Part shown: positions 39,932 to 49,879 of the stretch, piece after piece
Numbering within the stretch: the first letter of the stretch is position 1
How the letters are laid out: each line of letters opens with the position of its first letter
From: Synechococcus sp.
Lineage (GTDB): Bacteria > Cyanobacteriota > Cyanobacteriia > Thermostichales > PCC-7336
NCBI GenBank assembly: GCA_051439425.1
Contig: JBFRWD010000120.1
Coordinates: 1-57,810, forward strand
Length of the DNA stretch: 57,810 bases
Reading direction: 5' to 3'
Made by a program: the position numbers and the translations under genes
The notes under the pieces: model-generated
What the model was told of the DNA's origin: nothing
Seen by the model: the letters and a program-made list of their open reading frames with translations, nothing else
The model's database searches: none

Positions 39932-39950
39932 TTTAAATTCCACTTAACCT
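39932..39950 (+). promoter_or_regulatory. Pho box (SphR/PhoB) upstream of phnC
   Basis: TTTAAATT-CCA-CTTAACCT, 11-bp periodicity; second unit matches the cyanobacterial PyTTAAPyPyT consensus exactly. Confidence 0.7.
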
Positions 39951-40023
39951 AAGCATGGATTCTAGTTAACGTCATTATTTCCTAAGTGGTGGACACTACG
40001 GATGGCATTACGTTTGGGAAGCC

Positions 40024-40809
40024 ATGTCTGGAAGTGCCGTTCGCGTCCGCGACCTTAGCAAAAAGTTCAAGGGGAAGTCTGCCCTCGACAACGTTTGTTT
40101 CACTGTCGAGCAGGGGGAGATTCTGGCATTAGTCGGGGCCTCGGGTTCGGGGAAATCAACCTTGCTACGTACCCTGAATGGACTGCAATGTTCGGACAGC
40201 GGTTCGATTGAGGTTTTTGGCACATCCTTGCAATCGAATGGACACATTCATTCGAAAGTGCGCCGCTTACGCAGCCAAATTGGGTTCATTTTTCAGCAAT
40301 TTAATTTGGTGCATCGATTATCCGTTCTGGATAACGTTCTAGCTGGAAATTTATCGCGGACACCTGGCTGGCAATCAGCCCTGCGTATGTTTTCCAAACA
40401 GGACAAGATGCACGCACTTGCCGCATTAGAGCGAGTCGGCATTCTGGAGCAGGCCTATAAACGTGCCTCGATGCTGTCGGGTGGGCAGCAGCAACGGGTG
40501 GCGATCGCCCGCTGTTTGGTGCAAGGAGCCAAGATTATTCTGGCGGACGAACCCATTGCCTCTCTCGACCCCGAATCCGCTCGCAAAATCATGGAATTGC
40601 TGGGGGAATTGAACCAAGAAGGAATCACGGTGATTACGTCATTGCATCAAGTGCAGATGGTGCGGCGCTATTATCCCCGAGCGATCGCCCTGCAAAACGG
40701 AATTGTTAGATTTGACGGCCCCACGCGCGACCTCAACGACGACCGACTGAACTTTATCTATGGCAGCGCAGCAGAAGAGCTGGTGCTGCGAGGTCACGCC
40801 TTTGCCTGA
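40024..40809 (+). CDS. phnC: phosphonate ABC transporter ATPase
   Basis: GASGSGKSTLLR, FIFQQFNLV.RLSVL.NVL.G, LSGGQQQRVAIAR, ADEPIASLDP, SLHQV. Confidence 0.95.
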   Translation: MSGSAVRVRDLSKKFKGKSALDNVCFTVEQGEILALVGASGSGKSTLLRTLNGLQCSDSGSIEVFGTSLQSNGHIHSKVRRLRSQIGFIFQQFNLVHRLSVLDNVLAGNLSRTPGWQSALRMFSKQDKMHALAALERVGILEQAYKRASMLSGGQQQRVAIARCLVQGAKIILADEPIASLDPESARKIMELLGELNQEGITVITSLHQVQMVRRYYPRAIALQNGIVRFDGPTRDLNDDRLNFIYGSAAEELVLRGHAFA

Positions 40810-40906
40810 TACAAGCGTGGTTGCGCAATCCGAATTCAATCCTGCGTAAGTAGCACGGTTGAACTCGACTGTTGCTAGCCCGACAAGAGGACCAAAGGAG
40901 ATCCAG

Positions 40907-41896
40907 ATGTCTAGACCTATTGCGATCGCAGCTGCGGTGTCTGCCAGTTGTGCATTCATCGGCGCTGCAACATTGATTCCCGCCAACGCACAGGAAGTGA
41001 CCGAACTCAATTTCGGCATCATTTCCACCGAGTCCCAAGCCAACCAAAAGCCCCTGTGGGAGCCCTTCGTGGCCGAGCTGGGTCAGTGCATTGGAATGCC
41101 CGTTAACGCGTTTTACTCCACTCAGTACGCTGGCATTATTGAAGCCATGCGCTTCGACCAGGTGGATATTGCCTGGTACGGTGGCAAGTCTTACATCGAA
41201 GCTGCACGCATTGCCGATGCCGAAGCATTTGCTCAAACGGTTGCTGCAGATGGGTCGATGGGGTATTACTCCCATCTGATTACCAACGTTGATAACCCCA
41301 TCCTGGCGGACATCGACCTGGTGGCTCAGAACGGCGACGAGTACTTGCTGGACAACACCGCCGACCTCAGCTTCGCTTTCAACGATCCCAATTCCACCTC
41401 CGGCTTTTTAGTCCCCAGCTATTACGTCTTTGCCCAAAATGGCGTTAACCCCAACGAAGCCTTCGACAACTTGATTTTCTCGGGTAGCCACGAAGCCACT
41501 GCGCTGGCGATCGCCAACAACCAAGTAGACGTTGCCACCAACAACAATGAATCTTTAGAGCGTCTGGAGTCGACCAATCCCGAAGCTCTGGCCAACATCG
41601 AGGTGATCTGGACCTCTCCCATCATCCCCAGCGACCCGCTGGCCTACCGCACCGACTTGCCCGAAGACGTGAAGGCAACCATTCGTGACTGCATCTACAA
41701 CTACGACAACGCCGAAATTCTTGAGCCGTTGCAGTGGTCTGAGTTAATCCCGGCTGAAGACAGCACCTGGGACACCATTCGCGAGCTGGATGTGGCCCGC
41801 CGCATGGCCGAACTAGAGAACAGCAATGCGACGGCTGAAGAAAAAGCTACTGGCATGGCCGAACTCCAAGAGGAACTGGATGCGTTGGGCTCCTAA
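40907..41896 (+). CDS. phnD: phosphonate ABC transporter substrate-binding protein
   Basis: AAGGAG SD, signal peptide ANA-Q, LNFGIISTES, YAGIIEAMRF, DPNSTSG.LVP, GSHE, IWTSP.IPSDP. Confidence 0.95.
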   Translation: MSRPIAIAAAVSASCAFIGAATLIPANAQEVTELNFGIISTESQANQKPLWEPFVAELGQCIGMPVNAFYSTQYAGIIEAMRFDQVDIAWYGGKSYIEAARIADAEAFAQTVAADGSMGYYSHLITNVDNPILADIDLVAQNGDEYLLDNTADLSFAFNDPNSTSGFLVPSYYVFAQNGVNPNEAFDNLIFSGSHEATALAIANNQVDVATNNNESLERLESTNPEALANIEVIWTSPIIPSDPLAYRTDLPEDVKATIRDCIYNYDNAEILEPLQWSELIPAEDSTWDTIRELDVARRMAELENSNATAEEKATGMAELQEELDALGS

Positions 41897-41920
41897 GTAG
41901 CGTTTATCCACTTGCAAGCT

Positions 41921-41964
41921 GACTGGGGAGGTGGTGTTACTGACCCACTTTCCCGGTCTTTTTT
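41921..41964 (+). terminator. stem-loop plus U-tract between phnD and phnE
   Basis: GACTGGGGAGGTGG / CCACTTTCCCGGTC (with G-U pairs) followed by TTTTTT. Confidence 0.65.
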
Positions 41965-42194
41965 CATATAGCTTTCTGCAATCAGCGATGGAGAATACTC
42001 TAGCCATTTTCCCCGGTAGATCCAGGGGGTGAGCTGTCCTCGCACTCCAGACCTTACAGCGGATTGCCATATCAAAACCACTCCAGGGTCAAGACTCAAA
42101 ACAAGACTCTAACCCTGACGAGTCATGCAGTTTGTGCGCAAGCATCTGTCTCGCAGCGTTCCTCACTTTCAACCGATACGATCGATCCTCCCTC

Positions 42195-43034
42195 ATGGAC
42201 AATTCACTCAATAACCATCACTCAAAGTCTGGTTGGAGCCATAGCCCTGCCGTGCAGGACATGCTCGATCGCGAAGCCAAGCGGGTGACTCCGATCAAGG
42301 TATTTTTCTGGGTGCTGGCAGTCATAGTGTTCTATCTGTCGTTTAAAGAATCGCAGGTAGATTTTCTCAAGCTGGTGCGTAATTCCAACAATATGCGCCA
42401 GTACATTTCCGGCTATTTCCCCCCCAACTGGCTGGATTGGAGGCTGTATCTGAGCGACACGCTGGTGACGGTAGCTATGGGGATTTGGGGGACGCTGTTA
42501 GCGGCGATCGCATCCGCTCCGCTTGCCCTCTTGGCGTCAAACAATGTCTGTCCCACTTGGATCGTGCAGCCCACCCGCCGGGTGCTGGATGCCATGCGTG
42601 CAATTAACGAAATTGTGTTTGCTCTGATCTTTGTGGTGGCTGTGGGGCTTGGGCCGTTTGCTGGGGTGTTGGCGCTATTTGTCCACACAACTGGAACGCT
42701 GGGCAAGTTGTTTTCGGAGGCAGTGGAAGCGATCGAAGTTGGTCCGGTAGAAGGGATTCGCGCTACGGGAGCAAGCAAGCTTCAAGAGATTCAATTTGGG
42801 GTGATTCCCCAGGTAATGCCCCTATGGACCTCCTTCACTCTGTATCGGTTTGAAGCAAACGTGCGATCGGCATCGGTGCTTGGAATTGTGGGTGCAGGAG
42901 GCATTGGTGTATCGCTCTATCAAAGTTTTGGTGCATTCCAGTACACCAAGGTATGTGCTATTTTGATTGTCTTGATTGCTGCAACAAGCCTAATTGATTT
43001 CTTATCTTCACTTTTAAGAAAAGCACTGGTGTAA
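42195..43034 (+). CDS. phnE: phosphonate ABC transporter permease
   Basis: FPPNW, RAINEIVFALIFV.AVGLGPFAG, GKLFSEAVE, LYRFE.NVRSA.VLG.VGAGGIG; start ATG 42195. Confidence 0.95.
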   Translation: MDNSLNNHHSKSGWSHSPAVQDMLDREAKRVTPIKVFFWVLAVIVFYLSFKESQVDFLKLVRNSNNMRQYISGYFPPNWLDWRLYLSDTLVTVAMGIWGTLLAAIASAPLALLASNNVCPTWIVQPTRRVLDAMRAINEIVFALIFVVAVGLGPFAGVLALFVHTTGTLGKLFSEAVEAIEVGPVEGIRATGASKLQEIQFGVIPQVMPLWTSFTLYRFEANVRSASVLGIVGAGGIGVSLYQSFGAFQYTKVCAILIVLIAATSLIDFLSSLLRKALV

Positions 43035-43179
43035 CTGGTATTCCAATGCATGAGTGAGTCTTCCAAAGATAATGTGCGGCTGATATCTGAATGCCATCAA
43101 GAGTTAGGACACTTCATATAAAGAGAGCGGCTCTTAGCGTCGTTAGAATACAGTCTGCTAACTCATATAGAGCAGATAC

Positions 43180-43812
43180 ATGTACGGCCCCGATCCAACA
43201 ACCAAGCACCCCATGAAGGGGTTTCCACAAATTTGCTTTATTAAAAATACGGTTTCGAATCCCAATATCATTATTGGCGATTACACCTATTACGACGATC
43301 CGGACGACTCGGAAAATTTTGAACGCAATGTTCTGTATCACTTTCCCTTTATTGGCGATCGCCTAATCGTTGGCAAGTTTTGTGCCTTCGCCCGTGGTCT
43401 CAAGTTCATCATGAATGGGGCCAACCATCACTTAGATGGTATATCCACATACCCCTTTCAAATTTTTGGCAACGGTTGGGAGCGTCTGACTCCATCAGCA
43501 GTACAGTCCCCCTACAAAGGCGATACGGTTGTTGGCAACGATGTCTGGATTGGATACGAAGCCGTCATCATGCCGGGGGTGCAGATTGGGGATGGGGCGA
43601 TTGTGGCAGCAAAATCCGTTGTGGTGAGCGATATCGAACCTTACACCATTGTGGGAGGAAATCCTGCTCGGTGCATTCGCCAGCGATTTGACTCCAAAGT
43701 GGTTCGCTCCCTTTTAGACATCGCTTGGTGGGACTGGGATATCGACAAGATTACTCGCAATCTTAATATCATTGTCGCTGCTGATGTTGCCGCTCTGCGG
43801 AAGTGTCAATAG
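43180..43812 (+). CDS. Vat/CatB-family xenobiotic O-acetyltransferase (hexapeptide repeat)
   Basis: GPDP, GDYTYYDD, FERNVLYH, MNGANH, STYPF, GNDVWIG, VGGNPA, WWDW. Confidence 0.9.
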   Translation: MYGPDPTTKHPMKGFPQICFIKNTVSNPNIIIGDYTYYDDPDDSENFERNVLYHFPFIGDRLIVGKFCAFARGLKFIMNGANHHLDGISTYPFQIFGNGWERLTPSAVQSPYKGDTVVGNDVWIGYEAVIMPGVQIGDGAIVAAKSVVVSDIEPYTIVGGNPARCIRQRFDSKVVRSLLDIAWWDWDIDKITRNLNIIVAADVAALRKCQ

Positions 43813-43883
43813 CGATCGGGGAGAGAACATCACCGGTCAAATATAAAGCAAGATATCGGCTAGGTACTATCCACTTGCTGCCA

Positions 43884-46655
43884 TCATCCATCTTCACGAC
43901 TTACATCAAGACTCTCGATCGGATGCTCGCCAGATTGGTTCAACATCCAGTCAAGAATGCTGCCGGAAACTATTGAATAGGTCCCCAGCCATAAGAAGTA
44001 GAAACCAATTTTTTGCAGATAGTTATCATCAAAATTGGAACGAATGAGACTGCCTTTAAATAGGGTTACAGCAATCAACAACCCCACCAGGATGCCAACA
44101 ATGGTCCCTGCTAGCCACCAGTGAGCTTGTGCCACTTTCTCTCGAATAGCCACCCACTGGCAGCTTCCAAACACAGCACCGATTAACAGCCCCAGAAACG
44201 CGATCGCCCCCGATGGTGCATCGTCGCAAATGCCTAAATTACAGTTGTCAGCATTGGATAGCAACGTGGCATAGAGGATAGACGCAGCGATCGCCCCCAC
44301 CCCCGTCATGACAGCCCAGCGGAGGGCAACGTCCTTAAGTCGCGTGCGAATCACTAGAGCTTGAGAGCCCGCCACAGCGAGGAAACTGAGAATGGCAGGA
44401 AAACTGAAACTGAAGAACCCCCGATCTGGATGCTCGGTCAGCACAATCACAGTCAGGGGAACGGCCATCGAGGCCAGCATCCACCCCAATACAAACCGAC
44501 GGTTTCTGCGAACCATCCATCCTTTGGCTCGATCGCGCTGTTCGATCGCCTGTCGCCCCACCCACGTCTGCAACACTGTGTCGCGAGCCGCCACTGCAAT
44601 ATTGCGGTCTTCTACCGCCAACGGCCCACCAAGAGTGCTGGGGATAGCAGCGCCTGTATCCATCGCTTGACTCAGATCGCGCACTGCTGCCAATGCATCT
44701 GTAGCATTCGACAACCGCTGTTCGACATCTTCGCTGGTGAGGCGATCGAGTAACTGTTTCATGCCAGCACTGAGCTGTACTTCGTCCCGCCGAATCAGCC
44801 CTCCAGTTTTCCCTTCCGCAGAAATCGACTGTTCGGGCACTCTACCGGTGACCGCCAACAAGGCGATCGCCCCTACAGCAAAAATATCGCTGCATTGTTG
44901 GGGAAGTCCTACCGATTGCTCGGGAGGCATAAACCCAGGGGTCCCAATGATGGTTCCTCGATATTCAGCAATAGCCCCAGCATCGGCAGCCATTGTGGCA
45001 GCTTCTTTCACAGCCCCAAAGTCAATCAGCACAACCTTGTTATCTGCTTTGCGGCGCATCAGGTTCGACGGCTTGATGTCGCGGTGAATAATGCCCTGGC
45101 GATGAACCACTTCTAACGCTTCTAAGATTTCCGCCAATAAATTCAGCGTCTCGGGTTCCGTCAATGGACCGCGTCGGCGCAGTTCTTTCTCTAACTCCTC
45201 TCCATCGATATATTCCTGCACCAGATAGAACTCGCCCTTTTCTTCGAAATAGTCATACAGGGCGGGAATGCGATCGGTTTTGTTGCCCAAGTCAAAAAGG
45301 GTTTGCACTTCTCGCTGAAAAAGCTTGAGGGCTAAATCGTGGATGTTGGGGTTATTGGGCTGAAATTGCTTGATGGTGCAGTAGGGCTGCTCGGGCAGGC
45401 GCAGCATTTTGCCCAAGTAGGTCATGGAAAATCCGCCACTCCCCAAAGTACGGACAATTTCGTAAGAGTCGCGCAGGACCGTATTGGTGCCGATGGGATA
45501 GATGGTGCTGGGGTAGACCGTGTTGGGGATAGGGGAGCCCGGATCGGTAGAGTCTCGGGAGAGGGGTTGGGTTGAAGGAAAGGGGCGATCGCCGATCTTG
45601 GTGATCGGAGACTCGGCCATTGCCGTTTGCACGATGACGGTATCGAAGTCTTGCCACAACAAGGAGCTAGTAGCAGTGTTATGGGCAATGACAGGCAACC
45701 ATGTGCCTGGTTCCAACAAATATCTGGCCTGACGGAATGCTAGGTAGGGCCGCTTTTTACGAGTGTAGGCTTGCAAAAACTGGTAGAGAAACCGCCGAGA
45801 TTGACCTTCTGGTAGTGGTTCGCGCATGGCTGCAGAGAGCGGAAAGCGCACCTCTGTCAGTTCGTTAACCCCGCGCAATCCATCATTCAGATTGAAGAAT
45901 CCAAGCTGCAATCCTTCAGTTTTTACCGCCTGTCGCAGTGCTCCCTGCAGTTGCGACAAAGATATGGAGGATGGTTCGCTATCGGCAGAAGACGGAGCAG
46001 GAGAAAGAGCGGGGCAGTTGCTGAAATAAAGTACATCCCACTGAGAATCGCTTAGGGTGGCCTCTACCTGCCGGGTGGTTGGGCGAGTCAGACACTCTAC
46101 TTCTAAGTTTGGCAGGGTTGCGATCGCCGTTATGTCATCTGCTAAGCCGGAGTCGGATTCGTAGTCCACAATCACCAGAACTCTGGTGGTGTCGTCTTGG
46201 GTAATAGAGGTGGTTCGACAGCTCCCTTGGCGGGTATCCCCCACCGATATTTCAGCGCAATCAAACCGCTCCAACAGTTTCCAGGACTGCCAGGGCAGTT
46301 TCCGTACGTTGGGATCGTCACTTTCAATCGCCACTCGAATTTCGTCATCGGGGCTGAACTGTTCCCGCAACCAATTCTCTACGCCGTCCCGAAATGACGC
46401 TTGGTTCGTAAGCCAGTGATTGAAGGCCTCCACCAGCTCGGTGGAGCTAGTCTCCCAATCTTGCTGGGTGCGAAATGCGGTTTGCCAGCGATCGTAGAGA
46501 TCGAGGATACGGGGGTCGGGGGTAAGCACCGCCGAAGAGGTACGAGGGATGCGTCCACCGGTATCCCACAGTTGGACGAACAGTTGCCCGGATTCTTCTG
46601 CAAAGAAATCTTCTGAAGCAAACAGTATTTTGACAACAGTAATGCGGGAATTCAT
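43884..46655 (-). CDS. CHAT-like domain + Hanks Ser/Thr kinase + C-terminal multi-TM region
   Basis: LPWQSW / AMREP / ARYLLE..WLP (CHAT-like); LGSGGFS, IKQ, HRDIKPSN, LIDFG, GTPGFMPPEQ; about six C-terminal hydrophobic helices. Confidence 0.88.
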   Translation of the reverse strand: MNSRITVVKILFASEDFFAEESGQLFVQLWDTGGRIPRTSSAVLTPDPRILDLYDRWQTAFRTQQDWETSSTELVEAFNHWLTNQASFRDGVENWLREQFSPDDEIRVAIESDDPNVRKLPWQSWKLLERFDCAEISVGDTRQGSCRTTSITQDDTTRVLVIVDYESDSGLADDITAIATLPNLEVECLTRPTTRQVEATLSDSQWDVLYFSNCPALSPAPSSADSEPSSISLSQLQGALRQAVKTEGLQLGFFNLNDGLRGVNELTEVRFPLSAAMREPLPEGQSRRFLYQFLQAYTRKKRPYLAFRQARYLLEPGTWLPVIAHNTATSSLLWQDFDTVIVQTAMAESPITKIGDRPFPSTQPLSRDSTDPGSPIPNTVYPSTIYPIGTNTVLRDSYEIVRTLGSGGFSMTYLGKMLRLPEQPYCTIKQFQPNNPNIHDLALKLFQREVQTLFDLGNKTDRIPALYDYFEEKGEFYLVQEYIDGEELEKELRRRGPLTEPETLNLLAEILEALEVVHRQGIIHRDIKPSNLMRRKADNKVVLIDFGAVKEAATMAADAGAIAEYRGTIIGTPGFMPPEQSVGLPQQCSDIFAVGAIALLAVTGRVPEQSISAEGKTGGLIRRDEVQLSAGMKQLLDRLTSEDVEQRLSNATDALAAVRDLSQAMDTGAAIPSTLGGPLAVEDRNIAVAARDTVLQTWVGRQAIEQRDRAKGWMVRRNRRFVLGWMLASMAVPLTVIVLTEHPDRGFFSFSFPAILSFLAVAGSQALVIRTRLKDVALRWAVMTGVGAIAASILYATLLSNADNCNLGICDDAPSGAIAFLGLLIGAVFGSCQWVAIREKVAQAHWWLAGTIVGILVGLLIAVTLFKGSLIRSNFDDNYLQKIGFYFLWLGTYSIVSGSILDWMLNQSGEHPIESLDVSREDG

Positions 46656-46978
46656 GGACCTTTGACGAATGAGCTGTTACCGAGGACTGAAGAAGACGCC
46701 TATACCGCTGGCCTGTCACTCGATCGCGTTAGATGCAGATTCAAGCTATGTACCGGCTCGTGAGGGAATAGGCGTGCAAAGCCAAGTGTTGCAAGAAGAT
46801 AGTCGAGGGTCACTCGCGGTGACAGTATTCAGCCAGTTTGAGAACTGGGCACGAATACTCACTGCTAGTAATTCTTGCAGACTGCAACCCGTTCCATCGG
46901 TATCTAACATTCATGCGTTCCAATAACTATTGAAATCATCTGTACACTGAGAGGGCATTTGGAGCCTGAGACAAGCCT

Positions 46979-47833
46979 GTGGAGCCTTCGACCACTTGGG
47001 AAATGGATTTCTTCTCCCGTCCGTTGCTGGACGATCGCGGTAAGCGGGTGTGGGAGTTGCTGGTGTGCGATCGCCACGGTGTTTACAAGCGTCAAAGCTA
47101 TTGTGCCAATACTCAGGCAACCACTCCGTGGGTGGCGGCGCGATTGCAAGAATGGATTGATGAAGCTCCGGTACAGCCGACACTGATTCGGGCCTATCGC
47201 GAGCGCATGAAGACGATTATGCAGCGCTCTTGCGACAAGGTGGGTGTGCCGCTGAGTATGTCGCGGCGGGTGTTTACGCTGGCGGATTGGATGCAGCAGC
47301 GATCGCGAGAGGTGTATCCCAAAGAGGAAGGATATAGCTACGAGCCAGAGAGTCTGTCCATTCAGATCGAGATGGAGCGGGATGCACCCCAGCGATTGCC
47401 GGATGCATTGGTGCCCGATCGCTGGGCAATGGTGACGCTGCGGGTGCAGGATATTCGCGAGGCGGCAGACTGGCCACGAGAGTTTGGCGAATTGTTTGGT
47501 ATGGATTGGGATCGTCTAGATCCAGAAGCTGTAGTTCCTGGCCTGTTGCTGATTTCCAATCGGGCTCGTCCGATGGCGGCTTGGATGACGGGGGTGGAGC
47601 CTGTTTTCTTGAAGGCGTTTGGGGGCGAACAGGCGGGGTTGGTGTTGGAGTCGGGTGCGAGCGAGCGCTACATTCTGGCTCGGTTTAACGATGACGCAAT
47701 GCGCACTGAAGGCAACCAGTTTGAAGATCGCAAGATTGACGTACGCGGCTTGCACTTTATCGGTATTCAAGCCAATCCCAATGATGAATCATTTGCTGGA
47801 TTTTGGATGTTGAGAGAAGTCGATCTACCTTAG
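46979..47833 (+). CDS. Tab2/Atab2 family RNA-binding protein
   Basis: WEMDFFSRP.LD..GK.VWELLVCD, SRR..L..W, GLHFIGIQ..P..E.FAGFW. Confidence 0.9.
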   Translation: MEPSTTWEMDFFSRPLLDDRGKRVWELLVCDRHGVYKRQSYCANTQATTPWVAARLQEWIDEAPVQPTLIRAYRERMKTIMQRSCDKVGVPLSMSRRVFTLADWMQQRSREVYPKEEGYSYEPESLSIQIEMERDAPQRLPDALVPDRWAMVTLRVQDIREAADWPREFGELFGMDWDRLDPEAVVPGLLLISNRARPMAAWMTGVEPVFLKAFGGEQAGLVLESGASERYILARFNDDAMRTEGNQFEDRKIDVRGLHFIGIQANPNDESFAGFWMLREVDLP

Positions 47834-48056
47834 CAATCGCACCTTTTATAAGCCAACCCTCGACTTTATCCACTGACTTACTTTGCGAGGACAGCAGCTA
47901 AAATCATTACATTGCCAAGGTTTCGACTTTTCAAATACCGCTTATCAGACCTGGGAATCAAAAAGTAGAATCGATTTGTATAAAGGCTCATACTCCCTTG
48001 AAGCATGGCAAGCTCAACTGGATAAAGTCGAGTTTAGAGAATTGCCAGATGGAATT

Positions 48057-48635
48057 CTAGGCTGTCTCTTGCAGGTATACCAGCTCATCCAACACTTCTT
48101 TGCTGTGCATTGAAGGAGTAACGATGGGGTAGACCGTCTGTAAGGTACCTTCGGGGTCAACAATAAACGTATTGCGCAACGCCATCTCCCCCAACCAAGA
48201 ACCATAACGAGTACTGACTTCACCGCCCGGATCGGACAGCAGCGTAAACTTCAGCCCTTCAGAATCGCAAAACTCGCGGTGACTGGACACCGAATCCGCA
48301 CTAATCCCGATCACCTCAGCATTAATCGCCTCGTACTTTGGCAAATCCTGCTGAAACCGTCGCGCCTCAATAGTGCATCCAGACGTAAAATCCTTCGGAT
48401 AGAAATACAACACCACCCATTCCCCACGCCAATCCGACAAGTGGCGTGCCTGCCCGTCCTCATCCAACAGCTCAAACTCCGGCGCAAGCTCCCCCTCCGT
48501 AGGCAACACCGTCGTCCCCCACTGCTCGCCTCCCCGTAAGTCAGCAGCCGATGCAACGTGAGGCGAGATCGCAACAGATGCAAAACAAAGAGAAACGCAG
48601 GCCAACAAGCAGCCAATCCAGCGAACAATTGCCAT
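48057..48635 (-). CDS. bcp: peroxiredoxin Q / BCP with N-terminal signal peptide
   Basis: VVLYFYPKDFTSGCTIEA, GISAD, FCDSEGL.F.LLSD, RNTFIVDP.G. Confidence 0.9.
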   Translation of the reverse strand: MAIVRWIGCLLACVSLCFASVAISPHVASAADLRGGEQWGTTVLPTEGELAPEFELLDEDGQARHLSDWRGEWVVLYFYPKDFTSGCTIEARRFQQDLPKYEAINAEVIGISADSVSSHREFCDSEGLKFTLLSDPGGEVSTRYGSWLGEMALRNTFIVDPEGTLQTVYPIVTPSMHSKEVLDELVYLQETA

Positions 48636-48698
48636 CAGAATTCAAATGCGAGGGATTTTGTTTAGTGTAGGCGATGTTTGAGGAGTCCTTTGTTGTTC

Positions 48699-48761
48699 GT
48701 CCTTGGTCCTTAGTCCTTGGTCCTTAGTTTCAATGCCAATGACCAATGACCAGTGACTAAT
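48699..48761. repeat. heptamer tandem repeats (STRR-like)
   Basis: GTCCTT(G/A) x4 at 48699-48726, then CCA(A/G)TGA x3 from 48736. Confidence 0.8.
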
Positions 48762-48763
48762 CC

Positions 48764-49879
48764 TCACTCCTCTTCCCCCCCTAACCCAACCGGCTCCGCT
48801 CCCAACCATCCCATCCGCCAAAAAGCCGTCAGCGTTACACTCCCCACCACAAACATCAGCCCCAACGCCGCCGGATACCCATATACCCAACGCAACTCCG
48901 GCATATTGAGTGGCGAACTATCCGGGTCAAAATTCATGCCGTACACCCCGGCAATAAACGTCAGCGGAATAAACACAGTCGAAATAATCGTCAGCAACTT
49001 AACCACCGAATTCATTCGATGGCTGAGGGCCGATAGATATAAGTTCACCAGACCAGAGGCTAGTTCTCGATAAATCTCCACAGTCTCGATCGCCTGCACC
49101 ACATGGTCGTACGTATCCCTCAAATACGGCCTCACCTCCACCGACACCACATCCGGACGACTGCGAATCAAACTGTTGAGGGCTTCCCGTTGCGGCCATA
49201 GCAATCGCCGCATCCCCAATAACTCTCGTTTGACAAAATAAATCTGGGATAACGTCTCTCGTTCGGGACTCGCGGTAGTCTCCAGCTCTAGCCTCTCCAA
49301 GCGATCGCTGTAGTCATCCAGCACGGGAAAATAACTGTCAATCGCCGTATCGATCAACGAAAACACCAAATAATCGACCCCCTGTTGCCGCAAATTGCCT
49401 CGCGCGTATACCAGGCGATCGCGCACCGGCTGAAAGCAATCAAATTCTGGGTTCTCTTGAAAGGTAATCGCGTAGTGCTCCCCCAATACAACGCTCACCT
49501 GCTGGCTGCGAAATCTCCCATCCACCTGCCCCGCCACATGCAACACCAACAGCAGATGATTCGGATAGTCATCACACTGCGCCCGTTGGGGGACATTGAC
49601 AATCTCCGCTAACTCCAACGGATGCAACGAAACAATAGCAGCCAGCTTTTGCAAAATTTCCGGACTGCCCAACCCTTGCACATCCACCCAAGTTGCAGAA
49701 TCAGACTGAAGTTGCTGGGCTAAATCCTCCAGCGTTGTTGGTATTGATTGTTCGCAGCGATCGCCCGCATAGTCCGTCACGACCAAGGTGGTAGGAACCG
49801 CGTCTTTTGGAATAGTGAGGGTGCTGGGATCTGTATAAAGCTGCTCTAAATACGGGACTTCAAAAATCTCCGGTTCCAT
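48764..49879 (-). CDS. corA: magnesium/cobalt transporter CorA
   Basis: WVDVQGLG, LHPL, TFQE, YLRD.YDH, FIPLTFIAGVYGMNF, MPEL.W.YGY. Confidence 0.96.
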   Translation of the reverse strand: MEPEIFEVPYLEQLYTDPSTLTIPKDAVPTTLVVTDYAGDRCEQSIPTTLEDLAQQLQSDSATWVDVQGLGSPEILQKLAAIVSLHPLELAEIVNVPQRAQCDDYPNHLLLVLHVAGQVDGRFRSQQVSVVLGEHYAITFQENPEFDCFQPVRDRLVYARGNLRQQGVDYLVFSLIDTAIDSYFPVLDDYSDRLERLELETTASPERETLSQIYFVKRELLGMRRLLWPQREALNSLIRSRPDVVSVEVRPYLRDTYDHVVQAIETVEIYRELASGLVNLYLSALSHRMNSVVKLLTIISTVFIPLTFIAGVYGMNFDPDSSPLNMPELRWVYGYPAALGLMFVVGSVTLTAFWRMGWLGAEPVGLGGEEE

